Shown here: one piece after another, positions 9,737-20,557 of the stretch
Layout of the letters: each line of letters starts with the position of its first letter
Numbering within the stretch: position 1 is the stretch's first letter
IMG/VR virus record: IMGVR_UViG_3300033072_000306
Location: 1 to 64,000 of that record
DNA: 64,000 nucleotides
Source of the DNA: a virus
Lineage: Duplodnaviria; Caudoviricetes
Reading direction: 5' to 3' (one strand)
Notes under the pieces: generated by a model
Database searches by the model: none
Seen by the model: only the letters and a program-made list of their open reading frames with translations
What the model was told of the DNA's origin: nothing
Position numbers and translations under genes: made by a program

Positions 9737-10444
9737 ATGGAAGAAAATAAATACCCAAGTATCCTAGCAACACCTCTTGGTGGTACGCAATACGTTGTAA
9801 ATATTTCTCAGATGTTTGGATCACCTTACACTTTCGATGAAGTTATTTACATTCTTGGAATCGCAAGCCCAGACGATGTTATAACATTTAAGATCAACAG
9901 TGATGGTGGCGATCTATTCAGTCTTATTGCTTTGAAAAATGCTATTAAGATGTCTCAAGCGTATATTCGTATGGAATTGTTAGGTCTCGGAGCTAGTGCT
10001 GGAAGTGCATTATTCCTTTGTGATGCTAACGAGTATATTGTTGGTGATGACAGTTGTATGATGATTCATAACATGATTTGTGGTGTTGGCTATGATGACA
10101 CACAAAAAATTGTTACACGAGCTATGCACAATGCTAAAATCAACGCTAGATTTGTTAAGGATGCGTACAAGGACTTCCTTTCGTTAGAAGAAATTGAGGC
10201 TGTCATCAACAACTCTAAAGAGATATATTTAGAGGATTTTGAAATTCGAGAACGATTAAAACATCGTGAAGAGATGAAAGGTAAAAAACTCCAACAGGAT
10301 ATTCAAGATCAACTAGATACTCCTGCTGATTTATCTGAACACTCTACAGAGTCTCTTGAAGAGGAATTAAAACTCCTTGAGCTTGATAAGAAAGATATTC
10401 AAGCAGAGTTGCGTAAACGTAAGAAAGAAGTAGTTAAAGCATAA
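9737..10444 (+). CDS. clpP: ClpP-like serine protease with coiled-coil tail
   Basis: INSDGGD, GASAGS (catalytic Ser), MMIHN (His). Confidence 0.8.
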   Translation: MEENKYPSILATPLGGTQYVVNISQMFGSPYTFDEVIYILGIASPDDVITFKINSDGGDLFSLIALKNAIKMSQAYIRMELLGLGASAGSALFLCDANEYIVGDDSCMMIHNMICGVGYDDTQKIVTRAMHNAKINARFVKDAYKDFLSLEEIEAVINNSKEIYLEDFEIRERLKHREEMKGKKLQQDIQDQLDTPADLSEHSTESLEEELKLLELDKKDIQAELRKRKKEVVKA

Positions 10445-10455
10445 TTAATTTTAAT

Positions 10456-10493
10456 AACACCTATTGACGAAAGTTGGTAGGTGTTTTATTATG
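10456..10493 (+). promoter_or_regulatory. terminator hairpin with embedded promoter, copy 1
   Basis: AACACCTATTGAC-GAAA-GTTGGTAGGTGTT+TT contains TTGACG-17nt-TATTAT; same 38-mer at 29728-29765 (minus). Confidence 0.75.
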
Positions 10494-10515
10494 GTCACAC
10501 ATTGTTAATTAGATA

Positions 10516-11430
10516 TTGGAGTTTAGTTTGAAAGGTTTAAATGTTTTAAGTTACTGTGATGGTATGTCATGTGGTCAAATAGCTTTAAATGAGTTGGGTT
10601 TTGAGATTGAAAATTATTATGCGTCTGAAATAAAAGATACGGCAATTAAGGCAACTAAGAAAAATTTCCCTAATACTAAGTATATTGGAGATTTAACAAA
10701 GTTGTCTGATGAAGATATTATTTCTCTCGGTGAGATCGACCTGTTTATTAGTGGAACTCCTTGTAAAAACCTTTCAGGTGCGAATAAAGAGAGACTTGGA
10801 CTTAAAGGAGAGCAATCTAAATTGTTTTATGACTTTGCACATGCTTTGAGTGTAGTAAAGCCTAAATATTTCTTCTTTGAGAATGTTAGAATGTCGAAAG
10901 AAGATGAAGATATTATAACAAGTATTCTCGGCGTTAATCCAGTTAAGGTAAACTCTAAGATAAAAGTTGCAGCATTAAGAGAAAGATTATATTGGACAAA
11001 CATACCGTTTAAAGGCGATTTGTTAGATACTGGGATTAAACTACAAGATGTACTAGATTGTGGTTGGACAGATCGTGAAAAAGCAAGATGCTTATTGGAG
11101 AGTGATTCAAGACCACTATCGACACCTGTAAAAATGTTTCATCGACACTATTCCACAGGCTTTACAACTGCAATATTTTTATCTGAAGAGCATTATAAAG
11201 ATTGTGTTAATCACTATGAAAAAAATTTCAAAGGTTTGAGTGCGAGTGAAATATTTTACGAAGGTGATGTGTACGATGGTATTCGATACTTAACAACACA
11301 AGAGCGTGAAATTTTACAAGGTGTGCCTGTTGGTTACACATCAATCTTAACACCAAATGAATCTGCAGGGCTTCTTGGAGATGGTTGGACAATTGATATC
11401 GTAAAAGAATTTTTTAAAGGTATGCGATAA
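10516..11430 (+). CDS. C5 DNA cytosine methyltransferase
   Basis: LSYCDGMSCG, ASEI, GTPCKNLS (catalytic PC), FFENV, RERLYW, LLGDGW. Confidence 0.9.
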   Translation: MEFSLKGLNVLSYCDGMSCGQIALNELGFEIENYYASEIKDTAIKATKKNFPNTKYIGDLTKLSDEDIISLGEIDLFISGTPCKNLSGANKERLGLKGEQSKLFYDFAHALSVVKPKYFFFENVRMSKEDEDIITSILGVNPVKVNSKIKVAALRERLYWTNIPFKGDLLDTGIKLQDVLDCGWTDREKARCLLESDSRPLSTPVKMFHRHYSTGFTTAIFLSEEHYKDCVNHYEKNFKGLSASEIFYEGDVYDGIRYLTTQEREILQGVPVGYTSILTPNESAGLLGDGWTIDIVKEFFKGMR

Positions 11431-11437
11431 ATTTAAG

Positions 11438-11473
11438 AACAGAGTTGACTTCGTGTTAGCTCTGTTTTATTAT
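11438..11473 (+). promoter_or_regulatory. terminator hairpin with embedded promoter
   Basis: AACAGAGTTGAC-TTCGT-GTTAGCTCTGTT; TTGACT-17nt-TATTAT. Confidence 0.7.
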
Positions 11474-11514
11474 GCGTATTAGAAACACAAACAACTTAAC
11501 AGGGTACTTAGGAT

Positions 11515-12504
11515 ATGTCATTAAAGAATGCTCTAATGGGCTTTAAGAAACAACTCGAAGATAAAGCTACAGAAGAAAAGATTGCTAAGATGTTAGCAGA
11601 ACAATCAGATATTCTTAATAAGGGTATGGCTAAAGAATCTAAAGCCAAGCCTAAGAAATGGTTTGATGAGAGTGTATTATATAATGGTGGTAATACACAT
11701 TACAAACTAAATGATAAATGGTATCGAATTAGTGTTGATTCTAAGAGTGATGTAGAGTACACTCAGTTTAAGTTTCATACAACAACAGCTTTAGGGTATG
11801 TTTTATATATTAGTGCTAAGACATATAAAGATGCTCAAGATGTAGTTGATGATATCTTTGGAAAGAAAGGTTTATATTTAGTTAGTGCAACATAATTTTA
11901 ATTTAGGAGATGTGGTGTTATGAATGATTTATCTAAACAGTTAGATAAGGATTTATCTAAGGTATTCTTCAATAGTGTTGAAGAGATGAATGAGTGTTAT
12001 GGTATTGATGCGGAGTTACCTAGTAATTTACATAGCAACGCAGACTTAGTGTGTTATGAGATTGTAGAGCCATTTGTCTATGAATGTTTGGGACAGTATG
12101 TGCTTCTAGGAGGTGGTTTTTACCACTTAGATAGTAGTGGAGAACCTGCTGTACATAGCTTTAATGGAATCAAATCTGAATCAGCTATCGTTGAAGATGA
12201 TTTATATAAGTACGAAGGGCGTTGTTTTGTTTATGTACGTGTAAATGAGTATTTGCGAAAACACTTAGAGAAAACTTTAATTGGTTGTGAGTTTGTATAT
12301 CGAGATAACAAATCAGAAGCACCATATCGTAGATTTGTTCACAGTGTTGAGGCTAGAACGTCAGGGATTGTTGTTACAGATCAAGACGGGTTGTCAGGAT
12401 ACTTGAGTGAGCAACTATTCTATCCAGATGACTACAGTGACCCCATCCCTTATAAAGAATGGGTTAAGAAAATTAACGAACAAGATGTAGAAGTGGAGGT
12501 TTAA
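11515..12504 (+). other. two hypothetical CDSs (11515-11895, 11920-12504)
   Basis: ORF track, RBS present. Confidence 0.6.
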
Positions 12505-12507
12505 GAT

Positions 12508-12921
12508 ATGGAATTAGCTTTATTGGTTTATTTTGCAAGTGTTGTTGGAACATTCTCTGCATTGTTGGGTTTATTCTCATTCGTATTGCTTGTTATCTCT
12601 ATGGTATTTGCTGGTACTTTATTGGCTAGTAATCTTGGTGTTAAGAAGCGATATGGAGAAACTGATGAGGAGTTTAACCATCAGTTGAAGATTAAGTCTA
12701 TACTAAATAAGGGCGTTAAGTGGACAATCCCTTTGACTATTATCTTTGCACTAGTATCAGTTCTTCTGCCGACAGAGCGTACAGTGTATTTAATGACGGC
12801 AGCGTATGCAACACAAACAATTGCTCAAAATGATCGTGTTCAAAAGATTGGTAGTGATGTTTTAGAAGTGGTTGAAAAGAAACTTAGTGAAATGAAAGGG
12901 AATAGTGGGGGATGGCAATGA
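12508..12921 (+). CDS. membrane protein
   Basis: Two or three hydrophobic helices. Confidence 0.65.
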   Translation: MELALLVYFASVVGTFSALLGLFSFVLLVISMVFAGTLLASNLGVKKRYGETDEEFNHQLKIKSILNKGVKWTIPLTIIFALVSVLLPTERTVYLMTAAYATQTIAQNDRVQKIGSDVLEVVEKKLSEMKGNSGGWQ

Positions 12922-13376
12922 TTAAATTACAACTAGCAAATAATTTAGCACAGCATTTCCACCGTGGTCAGAAGTATGGTGAGTATGATTACTTTGAATA
13001 TCATTTAAGAGGTGTTGTTGATTTGTTGTCAGAAGTTAGTCTACTGCCAGTAAAAGAGGATATGATTATTGTAGCCTTATTACATGATATCTTAGAGGAT
13101 ACTTCTTGTGTTTATGGAACGCTAGCAAATATCTTTGGTGTTGTTGTAGCAGATACAATAGCAATCCTAACTAAGACAGGAGGAGAAGTTATTGAGCAAT
13201 ACTTATTCGGTGTTTGTAACAACCATACAGCAAGAATGGTTAAGTTTGCAGACAGTTTATTTAACTACAGGGAATGCGTCAAATGTGGTGATCTAAAACG
13301 TGCTGAGAAGTATGAGCGTAATTTAGAAGTGTTGCACGATAAACAAACAATGTTTAGTCTAGAGAGGGTATTTTAA
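12912..13376 (+). CDS. HD-domain protein, SpoT/Mesh1-like (p)ppGpp hydrolase family
   Basis: HRGQKY, YHL..V, ALLHDILEDT, VKFAD..FN; no synthetase domain. Confidence 0.8.
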   Translation: MAMIKLQLANNLAQHFHRGQKYGEYDYFEYHLRGVVDLLSEVSLLPVKEDMIIVALLHDILEDTSCVYGTLANIFGVVVADTIAILTKTGGEVIEQYLFGVCNNHTARMVKFADSLFNYRECVKCGDLKRAEKYERNLEVLHDKQTMFSLERVF

Positions 13377-13377
13377 A

Positions 13378-15196
13378 ATGAAATACAAACCAGAGAATGT
13401 TAAAATGGTCATAACACATGATGGTGTTGAGAAAGAGGTACAAGGGTTTGATGAATCAGCGTGTTCTGATGAATGTTCAGTAGTATCAGGAGAACAAATA
13501 GAATGTGTATTCCATAGAGTCTCAAAGACTAAAGAGGATTCTAAGAAGCCGAAAACTAAGTCATCACGTTGTAAGGACACTATAGATTGGGTTGAAGAGG
13601 AGTATGGTGATGCTTATAAAAAGCCAAAGAAAGGTGAGGTTGGATATTGATGAATATTAAAGATAAGATACAACAAGATTTAGATAAGCTACAAGTATCT
13701 AGTGAAGTTGATCAACTGCGGAAAGCTTTGAACATCTATATGGTTAGATTGAACAATTACCTTGTAAATAAAGGTTCTATGTCTTTTGATTATTATGGTG
13801 GTTGCTTTCACTATCACGGGTACTTTGACTTTACAAAAGGTGTTCTATTTCTCATGGATTGTAAGAATGAGTTAGTTACTATAGAAGTATTTGGAGGACA
13901 GTCTTTCTACGTTGTATTTAAGTTTTATGCTAAATCAAACAACTTGAGTTACTGGAAGCATTCTGTAAATTCACCGAATGCTAAAGAAGATATAATTGCA
14001 CTAATTGAAAGGGTTGAATCTCAAACTATGGAGTTGTCGTATGTGTAATTGGATTTGTGTTAAAGAAAGAACACCAACAAATAATGAGTCCGTTATGGTA
14101 GGTTTATTTGATAATTATGGTAACAATGGTGTAGCAAAAGCTTGGTTTGCTAATGATAATTGGTATTTAGATTGTGATGGGTTACGAGCGACAGATGATC
14201 ATTGTATATACCTAGACATGACAGTGACACATTGGCAAGCTTTGTATCAACCATCCAAACAGCAAATTAAGGAGCTAACACGAACGTAGAAGAGCACTTC
14301 TTAGATACACAAACATTAGTGGCATTATTAGTTTGATTGAGGATATGTAGATTATGAAGATTCTTAGCAAGTTATTCAAAAAGAATGTTGTTCAAGACAA
14401 ATCTAGGAATACAAAGGAGTGGTATCTTGAAATTAAGAGGAAACAGGAGGAGGATGAAATAAGTGCCGAAGTTTTAGAATACAGCTTATCAGTAGATAGA
14501 GAGTTAAAACGTAGATTCAATTTATTTTGCTATGAGCAATACAAAACACTTTATCATATTGAGCATAACTCTGAAGTTGTGTTTAATGAAAATATTCTGT
14601 ACGCTAAAAGACTTTGCAAAGAGTTTAAGTTCTTTGATGAAGATTTTACCTGTGGTGATTGGAGGTTTGAGCGATGTTACTCAAAGTATCCCGATATTTA
14701 CTACAAGGACATTGGTGTCTCGATTGGTTCTATTTTAGATACTGGTGAGTATTATATATACACAGGGGTTTTCGTTACATTTGAAATGATTGGTAGCGAG
14801 TAATATTATTTCTGGAATTTTGTTTTGGAAAATTTTTTAAACCTCACCTTTTTAAATAAGGGGGTGGGGGTATATTTCAAAGAAATATCGTGTTATTTTA
14901 GATAAAATATGGTGGAGAGTTAAGTGAATAATAGAAAACCTTATAAAGAAAAGTTTAAAGATTTTATAGATGTTAATTCAGAAGTGGATTGGATGAAATG
15001 TCGTGGTGATATTGATGGGTATTTAGTGTATTCAAACACTATCACTAATAAGTTTATTGTTGCACGTAGATTCGATAATCATGAGATTTGGTATGAGTGT
15101 TACGACAACGGTGAATACTCTGATTATAGTTTCTCTAGTCAATCTCTTGCAGAGTGTTGTGAGTGGTTTGGGTTGAATTACTATAATTGGAAATAG
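13378..15196 (+). other. hypothetical CDSs 13378-13650, 13647-14048, 14354-14803, 14924-15196
   Basis: Co-oriented, closely packed ORFs. Confidence 0.55.
14041..14289 (+). CDS. DUF551-family protein (second copy)
   Basis: WICVKERTP...VTHWQAL. Confidence 0.7.
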   Translation: MCNWICVKERTPTNNESVMVGLFDNYGNNGVAKAWFANDNWYLDCDGLRATDDHCIYLDMTVTHWQALYQPSKQQIKELTRT

Positions 15197-15824
15197 TTTT
15201 AGAAAATAAAATTTGAGGGATACTTAAAACACCTTTCTAGGTTTTTTTGTGGTTTAGAATATCTTGAATGGTGTTTGATAGTGTGTTTTAGAAAATCTAG
15301 TATCTATATGTTTAAGGGTTAAGCACACCCCATTTTAGCACATTTTTTAACCAATCATGATTCTAAAATATCTGTAAATATCTAATATATAATGAGTTTT
15401 ATATTGTTTTATACTTAAAAACACCCCTATGCGACCTTATCCAATAGGCTTTATAGCTTTATAAACGCTTTATATCAGCCGTTTAAGCTTGGTCAATTGT
15501 TTAATGATACTGGGGGCAGTGACTTGCCAATGCTTTATAGATTTAGGATTGAAATTGAGAATCTGATAATTTTATTTATAAGTTTTATTTATTCTTTTTC
15601 TTTGTTCTTATAAATAACTGTAATAAACACTGTGCCACTGTTAAGACTAACAACACATATAAACACCAGTACACCGTATACGCTAATATAAGCTCATTAT
15701 AGCGTGTTTAATAGTTTAAGCTACTATGGTACATGATAGGTCTATAATCGTTCTATATGGGCTTATACGAGTGTTTAATGATGTGTTATATAGTGTATTG
15801 TATAGGATGTTTTATATATACGTA

Positions 15825-15847
15825 AAAAAGCCCCAGTTAAGGGGCGT
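15825..15847 (-). terminator. intrinsic terminator ending the leftward early-type block
   Basis: Minus strand GCCCC-TTAACT-GGGGC-TTTTTT. Confidence 0.75.
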
Positions 15848-15869
15848 ATTGTGTGAATCACTGTATTGG

Positions 15870-17870
15870 TTACTTGATAGTGTAAAGCAAGCTATCAGCA
15901 CAGAAGTAAGTAATAGACTTCGTATGCTCATCATCGTTAGCTATAACGCTTTCATTGCTCATAATAGCCTTATCAACTAAGCATGATAATTTATCTTTGT
16001 ATTTTATGTTGTTTACAACGTCTAAATGTTCGTTGCCTTGTGAGTCAATCATAAGAATAAGTAGGATAAAAGTTTTCATTTTAACAACCCTTTTAAATAC
16101 ATATCTAACATTGTGATTGTACCGAATGAATCTAATAAAGTGCCTGAACACCATAAATCTATTGTATTAAATTCATCCAACTTTTTTGGTATGATAATTT
16201 GCATATCTTCATACATATTGTGAGCTGTTATGCAGTAGTCATGCTCACATATTTCCCAATCGTCTTTACGTAGTTCATAAGAGAACATTAAAACATAGTG
16301 CATTGTGATGTTTGTTTTCATTATTTAATACCTACAACTAAGCTAACAAAGACAACACAACACAATAGAATCATTGCACTAATAAGGCTTATCATGTCGC
16401 CAATCGTGTATGTATGTTTGTTAGTGTTGAACAATACAACGGATAGAAAATTATTCATAGCATATACGCCTTAAAGTTTTGACTTGATAAAATTCACTAT
16501 ATAGAAATGACAAAAAGATTGCAAGGGATTTAACAAAAGTTAAGCCTACAATCTTTATAGATTATTTTTCATTGTCCTTCATCTATCGAAATACCGTGGT
16601 CAATTATAGGCTTATAGTTTCTTAACAATACACCGTCTACGCTTATTCTAACTCCGTTTTTATTGGTGAAGTTTATTTGGTATATACTATCGTTTAAAGT
16701 TTCCCTATCGTCATCGCATAGCCTATCAATATGACATGTCCAATCTTTACTCATTATCATTTCGACTATATCATTATCCAACCTATTCAAAGCAAATTTA
16801 ATTAATGTGTCCACCAATGTTTTTGATAACTCTTTGTTTGTGTCACGCCAGTAATTGTGTGTTTTATACCAACTATTATAAGAGTATTTTTTACTTGTTC
16901 CACTTGATATATTCATATTTAAAACCCTTCTGCTATCTCAATAACATTCAATCTTGAGTAATGGCTAACATGGTTGATCATAGCACGCTTAAAACGACCT
17001 TTGAATAACTCTAAATCATTCTCGCTCATTGTTCCATAAGACTTTATAAGCTTTTCATTCTTCATTATGTGACAACATACCGATACTGCGCCAGTTTGGG
17101 GATTAGTGTATTTATTGATTATGAGCATATTAAATACCTTTAATAAAACAATCTTTATATTGTGATTCTTGCAAGGCGCACATTGAATCATTGTATACAT
17201 TAATTTCGTATAACTTGCCATTATCAAGAAAGACTTTATAAGCTGAATTGCTCCAACATACTTTAAAGCCATTTTCTAACGCTTGCATAATTTCTTGTTC
17301 GTTCATTTTCATTCACCACTCAATTGTTGAATTAATTTAATGTTACTTTCGGGCAATCAAATTGTAGCTTGTAATATTACCAATCATTTTATTGGAACGA
17401 TAATTATAACGTGTCATATGATCATTACAAAATGATAGATTAAACTGTTTTTTAAAGCTTGCACTAACATCGTCCCAACACTTTAAGACTTCAGCTTGTA
17501 ATGCATCTAAATCATTGCCTTTTATATATGACACTTCATTAGTGCATTTATTCTCAATTCCATCATTAATGTTTTTAAAGATGCTTAGTCTAGCCGTATA
17601 TTCATCAATTGAACGTGTCTTTTTATAGCTGATGAAAGCATCAATTTGAGCGTGATTAACTGTATCATTCATTGTCTTAAACCCTATATTAAACTAATTT
17701 AAATCTAAAGTTAAAAAATCAGTAGAAACTAATATTTCACCACCGATATTTAGCTTTATAACAAAATAACTAGGTTCAAAAGTCTTTCGTAGAATAACGG
17801 CTTTATTGTCTATACGTTTGAAGTCTTTTGGCACACCTTTATAAATAACTTTGTCGCCTACTTTGAACAT
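15870..17870 (-). other. cluster of small hypothetical early-type CDSs (15870-~16079, 16076-16321, 16569-16916, 16919-~17126, 17130-17312, 17343-17672, 17694-17870)
   Basis: Co-oriented short ORFs; 17694-17870 (MFKVGDKVIYK..., 58 aa) read manually. Confidence 0.6.
16496..16524 (-). promoter_or_regulatory. sigma70-type promoter
   Basis: TTGCAA-17nt-TATAGT. Confidence 0.55.
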
Positions 17871-17949
17871 TTTTAAATACCTTATTTAAATCATTTTAAA
17901 TTGTTGTGCATCATATCACTATAATACAATGCACGTGTTTAATGTGTTG

Positions 17950-18315
17950 TTAATCGTCTAATTGATCGTGCAATTCTTCAAGCTCACTTTCAAAGTCTTC
18001 AAGCTGAGATTCTAGTTCTTCAAGCTCATCTTTTAAGTCACAATACTCTTCAACGTCATCTAAATCATAACTCGATTCATAATCTGATTTAGCACAACGA
18101 TAGGCGATAGGATCACAACTTTTTAAGATGTCACTAGGGTAAAATTCCATTCCAAAGATTGTCACTGATTCTTCAGATTCATCTAAAACATTGTCGAAGT
18201 CTTCCCCCGATATTTCATACTCAAAGTTATCAATTTCACTTTGTTTAGTTTCAATGTCTGCTTTGATTGCATCAATTTTAGATTCTAACATTTCGATTTG
18301 TTGGTTAATGTTCAT
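17950..18315 (-). CDS. highly acidic coiled-coil protein (candidate DNA mimic)
   Basis: 41 D/E versus 7 K/R in 121 aa. Confidence 0.75.
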   Translation of the reverse strand: MNINQQIEMLESKIDAIKADIETKQSEIDNFEYEISGEDFDNVLDESEESVTIFGMEFYPSDILKSCDPIAYRCAKSDYESSYDLDDVEEYCDLKDELEELESQLEDFESELEELHDQLDD

Positions 18316-18355
18316 AGTGCATTTCCTTTGGTGTTTAAGTGAAAATTAATATTGA

Positions 18356-18622
18356 TTAGTTTAAATCTGAAGTGGTATAAAATCCACTTTCAATTTTAGC
18401 ATACAATGATTTTTTAGATTCATTGGTATTCAAGAATTGTTTAAGGTATTTAAGCGTAGTATTGGAATATTCCAAAGCATTACTATCCAAAATAACCTTT
18501 CCATTTTCCTTGATTGCTACAATTGTTTTATAGCTTTGAAATACTGTTTTATTGCCGTTATCAATAATAAATTGGTTTGGCACTTGGTTGCCGTTGTTGC
18601 TATACATGTTTGAAACTTTCAT
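18356..18622 (-). CDS. hypothetical early-type protein
   Basis: MKVSNM...NQFII...FQSY...YSNTTLKY; ATG after AAAGGTG. Confidence 0.7.
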   Translation of the reverse strand: MKVSNMYSNNGNQVPNQFIIDNGNKTVFQSYKTIVAIKENGKVILDSNALEYSNTTLKYLKQFLNTNESKKSLYAKIESGFYTTSDLN

Positions 18623-18665
18623 ATCGTTACACCTTTGTTTAAGCTTATTCGCTTTCGATGAAACA

Positions 18666-18694
18666 AAGATAACAATTTCAGTAAACCAATGCAA
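18666..18694 (-). promoter_or_regulatory. sigma70-type promoter
   Basis: TTGCAT-17nt-TATCTT. Confidence 0.55.
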
Positions 18695-19459
18695 GCACTA
18701 TTTTAAAATAAACTAAAAATAATCATCTAACATTCTATAAACACCTGAAATAAAACAAAAAACAATTATAAATATTTATACGTTTATAAGAATCAATGAA
18801 TGAATCTAGGTTTTTTGATCAATTACCTATGACTAAATACACTAATCACAAGCTTATAAGGCATACCAATGCACTGGGTAACGCCGTGTAGCTTACTGAA
18901 ACCAAGCATTATAAGCCCTTTCAATAGGTATATAAGCAACGCGTGCGAATACCATAAAAATAATTGTAAATCAAATTCTTCGGATAAATGGAAGTGTAAA
19001 ATCACTAAAATAAATAATTAATATTAATAAAACTAATGACGAAATTCTAGTGCGGGATAAACAGGCTCAGAAAAAATAAGGAATGCCCCCAATTTTTTAT
19101 AAAATTCTAGAAACTAGATTTCAATAATTATAATTTAATATTTTATTTAATTACATCAACTAATACAGCAACAACAATCTAATTATCTTCAATCATAGCA
19201 ATCAATAAATCAAGGTGTTCTATAGAGAGTGTAAGGATTCTTTTAGAGTGTCTGTAAGGTTTGTTTAAGATGTTCTTAGTAATTCTTAGTTGTTCAGGAT
19301 AGCACCAAAGACGATGTGAAGATTCTCTAGCACACTATTAAATCTCTAGCAATAAAATTATAAATTAAATTAGTGTATCATCAATTTAGACAATACACTG
19401 GTATGCGAAACTAATGCCGACCTGAAAATAGGATCGACAAATATCCTACCTAAGAAATA

Positions 19460-19720
19460 TCAGTCATTACTCAACACAATAGATTCTTCTGGAGATAAGA
19501 TACGCCAATATTTTTTATCAGTAACATCTATTAAAGCTACATCATAGTCACCTACAGACCAATCTAGATTATTTGATGACACACAAACTCCACACTTCAT
19601 GCTTAAGAACATCATCACAAAAGAGTCACCATCAATATACTCAGCTAATACTGGAAACTCAATCTCTTTAGGTTTCTCTTTCTCAATCTTATTGAATACA
19701 GATTTCATACTAACTCCCAA
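19460..19720 (-). CDS. hypothetical protein
   Basis: 86-aa ORF, GGGAG RBS. Confidence 0.6.
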   Translation of the reverse strand: MGVSMKSVFNKIEKEKPKEIEFPVLAEYIDGDSFVMMFLSMKCGVCVSSNNLDWSVGDYDVALIDVTDKKYWRILSPEESIVLSND

Positions 19721-19780
19721 TAAATTGCTAATGTACCATTAATTCCAATTATTACAGCAACGATTACTGATGCTATCATT

Positions 19781-19987
19781 TTACATCTCCTTAAGTTCTG
19801 CTATGGTAGTTAGTATATAGTCACAGTAAAGAATGTCTACGTTCTTTCTGCTACAGTGTGTGTATATCTTACCATCAGATATGATAAAACCAATCTCCAC
19901 AATAGTTCCTACCCTCTTTGCACCTAACCTCTCCAACACTGTCACAATTTCATCAAGCGGTTGATCTTTGTTGATTTCTATTTTCAT
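19781..19987 (-). CDS. small paralog-family protein (KIEINKDQPL)
   Basis: Similar to 27265-27501 and 28634-28852. Confidence 0.6.
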   Translation of the reverse strand: MKIEINKDQPLDEIVTVLERLGAKRVGTIVEIGFIISDGKIYTHCSRKNVDILYCDYILTTIAELKEM

Positions 19988-20055
19988 GTTTTTAAAATTC
20001 ACTCTACATCTCCTAATGTTTAAGATAATACAAACAATTCGTTTGTTATTTGCAT

Positions 20056-20084
20056 ACAATACAAGAATGTTTTTAGTAATGCAA
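20056..20084 (-). promoter_or_regulatory. sigma70-type promoter
   Basis: TTGCAT-17nt-TATTGT. Confidence 0.5.
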
Positions 20085-20443
20085 GTGTTGTAACAATAAA
20101 TTTTAAGTAATTAAATCTTAGTTTAGGCACACCAAAAATAATTGTTATTACTTTTAGTTATGGTTGAAATGTTTGTTATAAATTAAAATAATAAATTTAC
20201 GAATGTTGCCTAACCATTAAGATACTTTTAAGTATATTCTTAGATATATTATTAGATGCTGTTAGGGTATCTTTAAGTACATTCTTAGAATACTTTTAAT
20301 CATACCATAACTAAATTCTCAATCTATTCTCACACTCCGTAAGATATACTTTTAAACACAACTTAATAGCAGTAAGCATATTATAATAGTATCTTTAAGA
20401 ATGCTATTATAACACATATTACAAAGTAAATAACCTTGTAATT

Positions 20444-20557
20444 TACAATAAGATATTACAAGTAGATATTACAAGAATAATTACAAATACATCTACAAAA
20501 TTTAGTACAAAATACCCTACAACGTAAGCTACAACTACTCTTACACCAATTCTACAC
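20444..20557. repeat. 12-bp phased TACA(A/C) array
   Basis: TACAA/TACAC at 20444, 20457, 20470, 20482, 20494, 20506, 20518, 20530, 20542, 20553. Confidence 0.8.

Noticed and set aside
15726-19005. ORFs 15726-15980 (+) and 18823-19005 (-); also 58095-58292 (+)
   Set aside because: They overlap phased arrays or terminators and lack an RBS; probably spurious
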